Assembly: GCA_013239625.1 (NCBI GenBank)
Contig: MU054220.1
Location: 992,848 to 1,056,847 of the forward strand
From: Lama guanicoe
Taxonomy: Eukaryota
Length of the DNA stretch: 64,000 bases
Direction: 5' to 3'
Shown: positions 12,051 to 23,246 of the stretch, one piece after another
How the letters are laid out: every line of letters begins with the position of its first letter
Position numbering within the stretch: position 1 is the first letter of the stretch
The notes under the pieces: model-generated
What the model was told of the DNA's origin: nothing
What the model saw: only the letters and a program-made list of their open reading frames with translations
The model's database searches: none
Position numbers and translations under genes: made by a program

Positions 12051-13119
12051 GCTATTTAAAGAGGTAATGAAGTTAAGTTTTTTCCTATCGGTGTGAAAAG
12101 ATGACATCCTTTTAAGAACGGATACAAAAATTTTAGGAGAACCTTTGCTAGGCTTAAAGCAATGCATAAAAAAAGAAAAAGAAAAAACAGCACGTGGATG
12201 TCTCACAGAATCTCAGGTCAACTGGTCTGGCCATACAGACATAGTAAAATGAGAAGGGCTAAATAATCGAATGGTATTTTTCTATTTTGAAGTTAGTACA
12301 AAAACTTCCTTTTCTTCTCTGCTTTCTTCTTTGTTATATTCCTCTACCACTAACATATTTCAGAGGTTAAGGAATTGTAATGTGTATTTGATACCTAGTA
12401 GGGGTTTGTTCCCCTACTCACTGTTTTAAAAAGCTTCTTGCAATTCCTAAATATTTGTTTTTCCTGATAAACTTTAACATAGCTTTGCCAAGTTTGAAAA
12501 CTTCCCATAAAATATATATTTAGAATGTCATTACTCTAAATATTTATTTTGAAGAAAATGCCATGTTTAATACCTTGTTTTCCCATGCAGAAAAAGACGC
12601 ATATTATGAAGGATTGATTGATGTCTCAATAAAAATAATCTGTCTAGAGTATACATAACTCTTGCTTTTTGGTTTTCTTCTAAACATTCTTGTTTACATT
12701 TGGTTCACATTTTCAGTGAACTTATCCTAAAGGTCTTAATGTCTTGCTGGCATGAAATACAGTACACTTCCCCAAGCCATGGGGCATATGTCTTTATCCA
12801 AATATTCATAGGCCTGTATCCAACAATACACAAGTATGTGTCTTACCGCATATTTAGATCTGTATCCATTCTCATGTGAATCTGTATGAGCACCTATATG
12901 TGCATATTCAGTGACAGGTAAGACTGTATCCAACTGCACATATATGTCAACATGTGAACACACATGGGTCCGCATCTGACAACATATGGATCAGTATTTG
13001 ACTACTGATGTGAATGTATTTGCATATGTACAGGCATATGTATTTGCTATGGTCACACAGGCCTGGATCTGTCCGCCCACAGGGCTCTCTTGCCATTCAC
13101 TGCTCTGTCTCTGACTGTA

Positions 13120-13320
13120 CATGGATTTAGGCAGAACTTGACTGAACAATTCTTCTGTTCCATGTGGCATGAGCTGAGGTCACTCTCTGGTATTCAGCTT
13201 ATTGCTGGACTTTTAAGGAGAGTCCAGGATAATTTCATGTGTATGAATCAAGCCTTGGCAGGAATGATGACAAGACCAGGCTCTTCTGGGTCTCTTTCTT
13301 CTCCGTGTAGATACAGGGCT
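13120..13320. mobile_element. Old MaLR (MLT1-type) LTR fragment
   Basis: ttcttctgttccatgtggcatgagctgaggtcactc...ggtattcagc resembles old MLT1 LTR internal sequence. Confidence 0.5.
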
Positions 13321-14970
13321 GTGTAGGCATGGTGGGCCCCTGGTCCCATTGACAGGCTGCCTGCTGCTGGTGGGCAGAGCCAGGTCCTGGTGTGGCTGGT
13401 TGTATAACCCAGAAATCCAGGTCCTGGTGCAGGCCCACGGACGGGTGGGACTAGGTCACAAATTAGTTGCCTATGGAGCTCCAGGCTTGTGCTGGTTAAC
13501 TGGTGGGCAGAGGCCAGTCTCAGGAAGGCTGGCTGAGGACCTCAGTGTGTCCTGGAGCCTGTGTCATTCTGCTAGTGACAAGGCTGGGCCAAGGTGTCTT
13601 GGTGTGGTGCCAGTCTGATGCTAGGCAGGCCAGGTCTTGACAAGGCTGGCTGAAGGGCTATGGTGTTCCTAAGGCTGATGTCTGCTGCTGGTGAGTGGGG
13701 CTGTGGCTCAGTGAGTAGGACACAGATGGCTACCTGGCCAGGTCCTGGGGCTAGTGCCAGCCCACTGGTGGGCCAGGCCAGATCTTGGGGTCTCTAACTA
13801 TGGGGCAGGGATCTCAGAGCTGGTGTTAATTCCTTGGTTGGGGGGCTAGGGCCCAGGTGGTCCTAGGGCTGGTGCTGTCTCACTCATGAGTGGGCTGCAA
13901 TGGGACATGGCTAGCTGAAAGACCCTTCTGGTCCGAAGGCTAATGTCCACACACTGGTAGTCAGGGGCATGGCCCAGGGACAAGTATGAAGCCATTGGTG
14001 GGTAGAATTGTGTCCTGGTGTCTCTGGTTGCAGGATACAAGGACTCTGAAGCTGGTGTTGGCCCACAGGTAGATGGGGCCAGGGCCCAAGTGATCTTGGG
14101 TCTGGTAGCATTCTCTCCCCTTCTTGGTGGGTGCCTCTGGTTTTGGGGCTGGTGCTGGCTAACTGATGGGTGAGCCTGAATCTCAGGAGAGTTGAGGGCT
14201 CAAGGGATCCTATGATAGGCAGCCCGATGGTGGATGGGGCTGTGTCTTTGCCCAGCTAACTGCTTGATCTGGGGCTTCTCAAGATTGGTGATGCCTTGCT
14301 GAAGCATGGGGTTGGGTCCCACCACTAAAAAGCTGAAAGGAGGATTTCAATATGGAGCTTGGCAACACCAGTGCCCTTGTTCTGGTATAACTGCCCAAAA
14401 TGGCTGTTGCCTGCACATATGTCCCCAAGGTGGGCCCCAATTTCCTCCTACCTCTTTGGGAGGTTCTCCAAGATCAGCAAGTGGGTCTGACTCAGACTCC
14501 TTTCAAATTGTTTATCAATTTCAAGTTTTTGCCGTGGGTCTTGGACTGTGTGTGATTTTGCACTGACCTTGAAGGCTGGAGTCTCTATTTCCCACAGCCC
14601 TTTGGCTCTCCCAAAAGGATGCCCCACTGGCTTTCAAAGGCAAGTGTTTCAGGGGCTCATCTTCCCAGTGAAGGACACCTGTGGGTCTCAGACCTCTTTG
14701 CTCCTTTGGAAGAACCTCTGTACCTGGATTAACCTCCCATTTGTGTGCTGCTTACCCCATGGAAGTGACTAGACTATGTCCTGTATCCACCACTCCTACC
14801 TGTCTTGGTGTGGTTCTTTCCTTATATTTTTAGTAATAGAAGATATTTTCTGCTCATCTTCAGTTCACTCTCATCAATAGTTGCTCCGTAAATAGTTGTA
14901 ATTTTGGTGTTCCCATGGGAAGATGTGGGCTCAGTGTCTCTCTTCTCCACCATCTTTGATCACTCCACCC
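13321..14970 (-). mobile_element. L1 5' UTR (GC-rich, with degenerate tandem repeats), isolated from its ORFs
   Basis: Recurrent ctggtggg/gggccagg units; the right end ...gctcagtgtctctcttctccaccatcttt resembles the reverse complement of a laurasiatherian L1 5' start. Confidence 0.75.
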
Positions 14971-15670
14971 TCTATGTCTCTGTTTATGCCAATACAACAC
15001 TATTTTGAATGTCATAGCTTTATAGTATGTCTTAGAATTGAAGAGTTATGATTTCTTGACTCTTTAGACTCCCTTGAGATTTCATATTAATTTTAGGTTG
15101 GATTTTCCTCTTTATACAAAAGAACATCGTTGGGCTTTTGATAGGGATTCCATTGAATTTTTAGGTCATTTTAGGTGGTACTGATATCTTAACAATATTG
15201 AATATTTCAGCTCACAAATGCCTTTCCATATATGTGTGTGTTCTATAGTATCTTTCAGCAACGTTTTGTAGTTTTCAATATAGAAGACTTTTGCCTCCTC
15301 CTTGCTTAAGTTTATTTGAGTATTTTATTGTTTTTGATGCAATTGTAAATGGAATTGTATTCTTAATTTCCTCTTTTTGTTGTTCATTGATAGTACAGAA
15401 ATTCAATGCACTTTCAGAGAGTAAAAAAAAAAAAAAAAACTCTCAGCAAATTGGGTCTAGAAGGAATGTACCTGAACATAACAAAGCTGCATATGAGATT
15501 TCCACAGCTCATATCGTACTTAACACTGAAAGGCTGAAATCTGGATCAAGACAAGTGCACGCTCTCACCACTTCTTTGTAACATGGTACTGCAATAAAAT
15601 TTTATATTATATTTTTAGAGTTTTATATAGATCACATGATCTCTGGAGTGAGATCATTTTACTTCATTAT
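14971..15670 (-). mobile_element. Old L1 ORF2 fragment with a plus-strand piece at about 15400-15590
   Basis: Minus-strand L1 sequence (gatgcaattgtaaatggaattg) switches to plus-strand ...tctggatcaagacaagtgc...ctctcaccact, then back. Confidence 0.7.
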
Positions 15671-16338
15671 TTTTTCCTTAACTTTACTGTCTGTAACAGT
15701 GCTTCAGTGGGAGCCACTTCCTGTCTTTTGGATCTCAGCTTAATCATCACCTTTTAAGAAACATCTTCCTTGATTACATTATCCATAGTAGCTTTTCCTC
15801 TCTTATTTCTGTCACAGCACCTTATTTCTGGTCTTATAATCCCTGAATAAAACTACAACTACTTTATTAAATTGTCTCCTTCTTTATTGTCTGACTCTAT
15901 TATAAAAATATAAAATCCATGCAGAAAGAAACTTTTGTGTTTTTTCCCCTTTTATATTAATTCCTGTGTCCTCAACCATAGCATAGTTTGTGTATTAAAA
16001 TAGATACACTAAGTTAAAAAAAGAATTAATAACTAGTTAAATAATTAGTTTTTATATCTAAGTAGGTGGTAAAATTTTATATATTTGACCAAACATCAAG
16101 ATAGAATAAATTGAGTACTAAATAAAAAGAAAGAAAAACTTGTTTTGTCAAGTAGGAAAATATATGAGAAATTAATCTTCCCTGGAACAAAATGATTGTG
16201 CTAATAGTTTGTTCTTGACTGGCAGTAATTTGAATAAAGTTCTGAAGCTATTTTTTTCCTTTGTGTCACATCTTTGTGACCCTCATTCTGTGATGTGGTT
16301 TAATAGTATCTTTAAATATAGAGGTACTTTAACATTTA

Positions 16339-16369
16339 GTGGAAAATCCCAGTGAATTTAATTAAGCAA
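16339..16369 (+). promoter_or_regulatory. Putative OR promoter: O/E-like site next to a homeodomain TAATTA site
   Basis: gtggaaaatcccagtgaatttaattaagcaa is 31/31 identical to the reverse complement of 34352-34382, upstream of the paralogous OR. A further O/E-like tccctggga lies at about 16683. Confidence 0.6.
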
Positions 16370-18303
16370 ACATCAGTCTTGGACACATTCCAATTCTATG
16401 ATTTAATGATAAATGTGGTTACAAGGCATAAATGTCCAGTGATCTTGGCCTCTATTGAGAAAAAAAGATGATATCCTTTTTAAGAGCTGATATGAATTCT
16501 TCAAGAGATCCTTTGTTAGGTTTAAAGTAATGCATTTAAAAAAGAAACAACAACAAAAGAATGTCTCGTGATCTCAAATCAGCTAATCTGGACACACCAA
16601 CATGACAGAATTAGAACTAAACAATTGAAGGATATCTTTCTATTTTGAAGTTAGTAGGAAAAGAAGTTACTTGAGATGAATTTCCCTGGGAAAATGGCTA
16701 GTTGCTATCTTCCCATGTAAACAGGATTTTCTTGCATTTTTAATAAATTATCCTAACATAGTGAACTTTTGTTTTTTTGTGTGTGCACTGTGGAATTTCT
16801 TACAAAAAATTTATAGTGCAAATAAAAGTCTTTAAAATAATCCAGACTCCATGGAGAAATGAGCAAACAGGTGAATAAAATAAAATATTTCCTCAATAAT
16901 GCAGCCTTTCACCCTCTGTTGCATGTTGGATGAAAGAATTCTAGAACTTTTTAAGTAACTTGAAAATTCTCCCTTCAGACTGTGAACAAGCCTCCACAAA
17001 GGTAAGACTAAGACTAAATAGTGAGAACCAGTTTTCACAATTGTGTGACTTTTTATATTATGTAAGAAATTGAGTCATTTTGGAATAAATAAAAGTTAGG
17101 TTCCAGTTCTAGTTTTATCACTTAAAAATATGTCCTTGGGAAAATTAATGAGATATTCTGATTTTCAGTTTCATCAACTATAGAAAGGTAATTACAGTCT
17201 GTTTATTGTAAAAGTGAATTGAAATGCAGTAATTTGTGAGAATATAATTGGAATTCACTGAAAGTTTTGAGCAGTTGAGTGATGTAATCATAACAACATT
17301 TAAAGAGTCTATTTTGATCTATTTCAGGGGAACAAATTGTTGTAGGCCAAAATAAAAGTGGAGAGACATGGCAAGAGGCTACTGCAGTGGGTCAGGAAGG
17401 AAATGGGAGGTAGAGAGGGAATGATCAAATTTGTGATACAATGTGAGAGTAGAGACAATAGAATTTGTTACAGATATGAATAAGAACTATGAGAGCAAAA
17501 AGGGAGTGAGTAACTAGGTGAGATTTTTAAAGGTAGCACTATTTAATGAGATGGGGAACACTTTATTTGTTGTGGGAAATTTTAAAAATTTTTATAATAG
17601 ACACTAATTGATATACAACTGCAGATCTCTAAAATTGGAGATGTTGCTTACATGAGTGTTAAAATTAGAATAGAGATAGGAGCTAGAGACACTGCTTCAG
17701 TATGCATTGGTCAGGAAAAGGAGGAACATCTAACTACAGGCCCTCAGTAAAAAGTCTCAGTGAGACTAAAGCAGTCCAGGACAGTGACCTTTTATTCATA
17801 GTTTGATCTACTCACACTGAATATGTAAGTTAATTTAACTGGGTCTCAATATTACACATTCATGGTTATAAATGGTATACATTTTCATGGAATTCCCCTC
17901 CCCATCTTTTTCATCTTTTTTGTTTTTTGTTCTTTCACTTTTCCTTTAAAGCTGACCTAAAGTGTTGGTTTTTCCAGGAAGCCTTCTCTGATTCTAGTTT
18001 GACTAATATATTCCTACACTGTGATCCTTAGCATTGTGTCAAAATTCTTATACTGCCCCTTATTACATGGATGTGGGACTTTCTGATCCTTCACCATGTA
18101 TCATATCACTAAGGGCAAGAAGCTATATCTTATTCAGCTTGGTACAATATCTATGACACATTGAGCACAAATATATACTCCATATACGTTTTTTAATTGA
18201 ATAGGTCAATAAAAGATGAAACGTACAACACGCTTAGAAGTTTTCCCTATTGTTTTGTAGGTAAACTGCTTCTAATAGTGACCTGAGCACCTATACAGGC
18301 TAG

Positions 18304-19233
18304 ATGGAACCAAGGAACAATGTAACTCACTTTGTCCTCCTGGGCCTCACACAGAATCCAAAGGAGCAGAAGGTCCTTTTTGTTATGTTCTTGCTCTTCT
18401 ACATTTTGACCTTGGGAGGCAACCTTCTCATTGTCGTGACCATAACTGTCAGTAAGACCCTGAACTCACCAATATACTTTTTTCTTGCTAGCTTATCATT
18501 TATGGACATGGCTTATTCCTCTTCTATTTCCCCCAGATTGCTTTCAGACTTGTTCTTTGGGGAAAATACCATATCCTTTGAATATTGCATGACTCAGCTG
18601 TTTATACAGCACTTTTTTGGTGGGTCAGAGGTCTTCCTTCTGTTGGTGATGGCCTATGACCGCTACGTGGCCATCTGTAAACCCTTGCATTACTTGGTTA
18701 TCATGAGACAAAGGGTGTGTGTTGTGCTGCTGGTGGTGTCCTGGGTTGGAGGATTTCTGCACTCAGTAATTCAACTTGGCACTATTTATGGGCTCCCATT
18801 CTGTGGCCCCAATGTCATTGATCACTTTATGTGTGACATGTACCCCTTATTGAAACTGGTCTGCACTGACATCTATGTCACTGACCTCTTAGTGGCGGCA
18901 AATGGAGGACTGATCTGCACTATTGTGTTTCTGCTCTTACTCATCTCGTATGGAGTCATCTTGCACTCTCTAAAGAACCTGAGTCAGGAAGGGAGGCGGA
19001 AAGCCCTCCAGACCTGTGGTTCCCACATTACTGTGGTTGTCTGCTTCTTTGTCCCTTGTATTTTCATGTATGCAAGACCTGCTAAGACCTTCTCCCTTGA
19101 TAAATCACTGACTGTGTTTTATACAATCATCACCCCTATGCTGAACCCATTAATCTACAGTCTGAGAAATTCTGAGATGACTAATGCTATGAAGAAGCTC
19201 TGGAGAAAGAAAAGCAGATCAAATATTAAGTAA
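18304..19233 (+). CDS. OR4A47: Olfactory receptor, OR4A47-like copy 1, intact (309 aa)
   Basis: Full OR motif set (PIYFFL variant). [33 protein letters not shown] matches remembered human OR4A47. Acceptor ttttgtag ends at 18260 and a candidate donor AAG|GTAAG sits at 17001/17002. Confidence 0.94.
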   Translation: MEPRNNVTHFVLLGLTQNPKEQKVLFVMFLLFYILTLGGNLLIVVTITVSKTLNSPIYFFLASLSFMDMAYSSSISPRLLSDLFFGENTISFEYCMTQLFIQHFFGGSEVFLLLVMAYDRYVAICKPLHYLVIMRQRVCVVLLVVSWVGGFLHSVIQLGTIYGLPFCGPNVIDHFMCDMYPLLKLVCTDIYVTDLLVAANGGLICTIVFLLLLISYGVILHSLKNLSQEGRRKALQTCGSHITVVVCFFVPCIFMYARPAKTFSLDKSLTVFYTIITPMLNPLIYSLRNSEMTNAMKKLWRKKSRSNIK

Positions 19234-19589
19234 GTTCTATATCAATCATGAGGAAACTCATTTGACATTAACTGGGCCAATCTCCCCAAATGTAAAATTC
19301 TTCATAAATCTGATACAACTTCCTTTTTCTCAAAAGATATTATAATAATTAGAATATCAATGTACCTAGAAAGGTGGGAAGCATTTACAGTAGGGAATCC
19401 ATAAATAATATGCAAGTAATTAATTAATCAAATTTTTATAGTTATGCTAATCTTAAATTAATTCCTGTATTTACACTTATGACTTTTTCATCTTTAGTTT
19501 TATTTTGCAGTTGTACCTTTTATCTTCATTTTTTTGTACTAGTTGAATTATTTAATGCTATATAGGCTGTTCAATTTCAGTTGCTTTAT

Positions 19590-20700
19590 ATGTGAAAATT
19601 TTAGTATAATATTTTAATTTTTAAAATAAAACTTGAAAGTATGATGGATAATAATAAATATTAGAAGTAGAACCCATGCAAAATGAAATACTGTAGAACA
19701 GAACTCATCTCCGTCCCAAATCATTGTCTCCCATTTCTCCCAGTTGCAGTCACTACTCTTTTCCTGAGATTTTTCAAGTAGTAATCCTTGCAAATACAAG
19801 CATGTTTTCATACCTGAATGTGTTTATTTCTCTGTGTATAAATGTTACATTTTACTACTGAGGCTCCTGAAGATCTTTGTGTACCTGTCTATATAGATCT
19901 AACTCATTCTGGTTTCCTCATACTGTTTAACTTCCTTATATAGATTCACTCAAATTTAGGTGCCCAGTCCTCTTCAGGTTTTTCCGATCTTTTTCTAGGG
20001 TAAATATATCAGCAAGGTAATGTTTTTGAAATTGTATGAGTCCTAGAGGTGAAATTTTTGCATCAATTGGTTTATGTATTTATAATGTTGATGTTCACAG
20101 TTACTGTCAAAATACCATACATGAGCTTGTACTAAACTCACTACTCTCTTCATTCTGGAAAATACACATTTGATGACATTCTCAAAAAACAGTGCTTGGT
20201 AAACATTTGTGGTATTTAACAATCTCATTAAAGAAACCATGTTTCACTTGTATACTTTAATTATAAATAAATAAATATAATTGAATTTGGACATCTATTG
20301 ACATGTTTAAAGTGATAAGTATTTCTTTTTGATGAACTGCTTATTAATGAATTTGATGTGTTTTATTTGATTGCTGACACTTCCAGTACTGATTTTATGA
20401 TTTAATTATACATTAAGGAACTTATCCCACTTACCATATATGTGGAGTTATAGATTTTTCAGCTTGTGATTTGTTTTGATATATTTATACTGTGTAGATT
20501 TTTGACCATGTAGAAATAATTTTGCATATACATAATTAAATATATCAATATTTTCTCTAGATTTTGTCTTTCTTAGAAAGAAGTCTTTTATTTTAATGCC
20601 TATACTATTTTCTATAGTGGTTGAATCAATTTATATTCCAACCAAGACTGTACAAGGGGTCCAAAGTTTCTACATCTTTGCCAACATTACTTTTTTATGA
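19590..20700 (-). mobile_element. Old, highly decayed L1 fragment
   Basis: AT-rich minus-strand L1-like motifs, e.g. gtggttgaatcaatttatattccaaccaagactgtacaagg near 20620. Confidence 0.5.
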
Positions 20701-21262
20701 GGATATTACTTTCACTCACTAGGGTTCTGCTCTCATTATCTGATCATTTCCCAAAGGCTCCATTTCAAAATATTACCTCTAACATACTTCAGTGATCAAG
20801 GAAGTTTAATGCATGTTTATACTTACTAGGAATAGACTCCACTAAATATTCACATTATTCAGAAGGTTCTTGCCTTTCCTAAATATTTGCATTTTATGAT
20901 AAACTTCAGGGTTATTTTTCAAAGTTTGAAAACTTCCCATAAAATATATTAAGAATGTCATAACTCACATATTTGTTTAGAGGAAAATGACAGGTTTTAG
21001 TATCTTGTTTTCTCATTCTGCCTTAAGAGATATATTCTGAAGAACTGATTGATGTCTCAAAAACTATGTAACTATTTCCATAGAGTATAAGTGAAATTTG
21101 CCTTTTGGTTTTTTTATTTAAACAGAGGTCTCTCTGATGTACATCTGATTAACATTTTTAGTGAGTTGGTCAGAAAAGCTTTAGTGTCTTTTGCTGGCAT
21201 TCTGAATTATGCACAGTCCCCAAAGTCATGGATATATGTCTTTATTTGAACATTCGTAGATA

Positions 21263-22025
21263 TTGGCACATTGTAACTGATGGTACTTCAATTAAAAAAT
21301 AAAAGAGAAAAAGAGGAAATAGATCATTTGAACAGACCAACCGCTAGAAGTAAAATAGAATTAACAATAAAAAAAAAACTTCCCTGCAAACAAAAATCCA
21401 GGACCAGATGGCTTCACTGAGGAAATCTACCAAGCATAGAAAGAAGAACTTATACTGAACCTTCCCAAACTCTTCCAGGAGGCTGGAAAGGATGGAACAC
21501 TCCCAAAGTCAATCTATGAAGCCACCAACACCCTGATATTAAAGCCAGACAAACACACTGCCAAAAAGGAAAATTATAGGCCAATATCACTGATGAACAT
21601 AGATGTAAAAATTCTCACCAAAATATTAGCAAACAGAATCCAACAACACATAAAAAAGCTTGTACACTATGATCAAGTTAGATTCATCCCAGGGACACAA
21701 AGATGGCTCAACATAAGCAAATCAATCAGTATGATTCACCACATCAATAGATGAATGGACAAAAATTACATGATTATCTCAATAGATGCAGAAAAATGCA
21801 TTTGATAAATTCAATACTCAGTTGTGATAAAAACTCCTACTAAAGTGGTAGAGAGGGAACATGTCTCAACGTAATAAAAGTATTTATGGCAAACCCACAG
21901 CCAGCATAATACTAAAAAGTGAAAAGTTGAAAGCCTTCCCACTAAAATCTGGAACAAGACAAGGATGCCCACTCTCACCACTTCTATTCTGCATCATATA
22001 AGATGTCCTAGCTATAGCAACCAGA
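21263..22025 (+). mobile_element. Short L1 3' tail followed by a decayed L1 ORF2 (RT) fragment
   Basis: Translates to NPGPDGFTEE...[29 protein letters not shown]...IISIDAEK with stops and frameshifts. Confidence 0.9.
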
Positions 22026-23246
22026 TTACAAAAAAATGAATTTTAGGGTGTATTTTTCTTTTTCTGTGAAGGAAGCTTTGGGCATTTTGTACAGGTTGCA
22101 CTGAATGTGTGAATCAGTTAAGGTAGCATTGACATCTTAACAATATTAAAAATCTAGTTCAATGTCTCAATAAACGGTCCTGGGATTATTGTTCACAGTT
22201 TCTATTGAACCATTACCAGCAGCATATAAATAGACTCTATTATATCCTTTTCTAAAACAAAATAAAATAAAACACAAGACAAAAAATTTTTTTAATTTAA
22301 AAAATAAATAAATAAAAATCTAGCTCATAAATGTCTTTCCATTTACATGTGTCTTCTCTAATGTCTTTCAGCAACATTTGCAGCTTTCAGTGTATAAGAC
22401 TTTCATCTCCTTGCTTACATTTACTCAAGTATTTTATTCTTATTGATGCTGTTGCAAATGGAATTGTTTTCTTAATTTTCTCTTCATGTTATTCCTTGAT
22501 AGTATAAAAATTCAACATCCTTTCATGATAAAAAGTCTCATTAAATTGGGTATAGAAGGAAAGTACCTCAACACAACTAGGGTCATACATGACAGAGCCA
22601 CATCACACGTCACACTCAACATTAAACTTCGAAAGTTTTTACATTAAAATCAGGGGCAAAACAAGAATCTCATCACTCCTTTGCAACATAGTACTGTAAT
22701 AAAAATTTCTTTCAATTTTTTTGTTTTCTACATGTAGACCAAGTCATCTCTGAAATGAGATAATTTTGCTAATTTTTATTTAATATTACTGTCTGTGAGA
22801 GTGTTTCCACTGGTAGTCACTTCCTGTCTTTTTGAGCTCAGTTTAAACATCACTTTTTAAAAAGATATTTTCTGATTCCATTTTCCACAGTAAGTTTCTC
22901 CCTCTTTTCTGTATAACAGCACTTTATTTGCTGTCTTATATGAATGGCATTGGACTACAACTATTTTATTAAATTGTGTCTTTCTTTATTCTGACTGCAT
23001 TATAATAATTTAAAATCCATGCAGACAGGAAATTTTATATGATTGTATTTTCCTGTTATTCATTGCTTATTAATTCTCACCCATAGCACAATTTGTATAT
23101 TAAAATAAGTACCCTAAATTTTATATAAAAAGCAATTCATAATTGTATAAATAATTAATAATTATTCTTGATTTGGTTATAGAATTTTAACATATTTGAC
23201 CAAACATCAAGACATAATAGATCGAGTACTAAATAAAAAGAAAGAA

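Noticed and set aside
12790..14300. CRISPR-like or other regularly spaced array
   Set aside because: The repeats are degenerate, irregular and lack unique fixed-length spacers. They are a minisatellite and L1 5'-UTR repeats in mammalian DNA.
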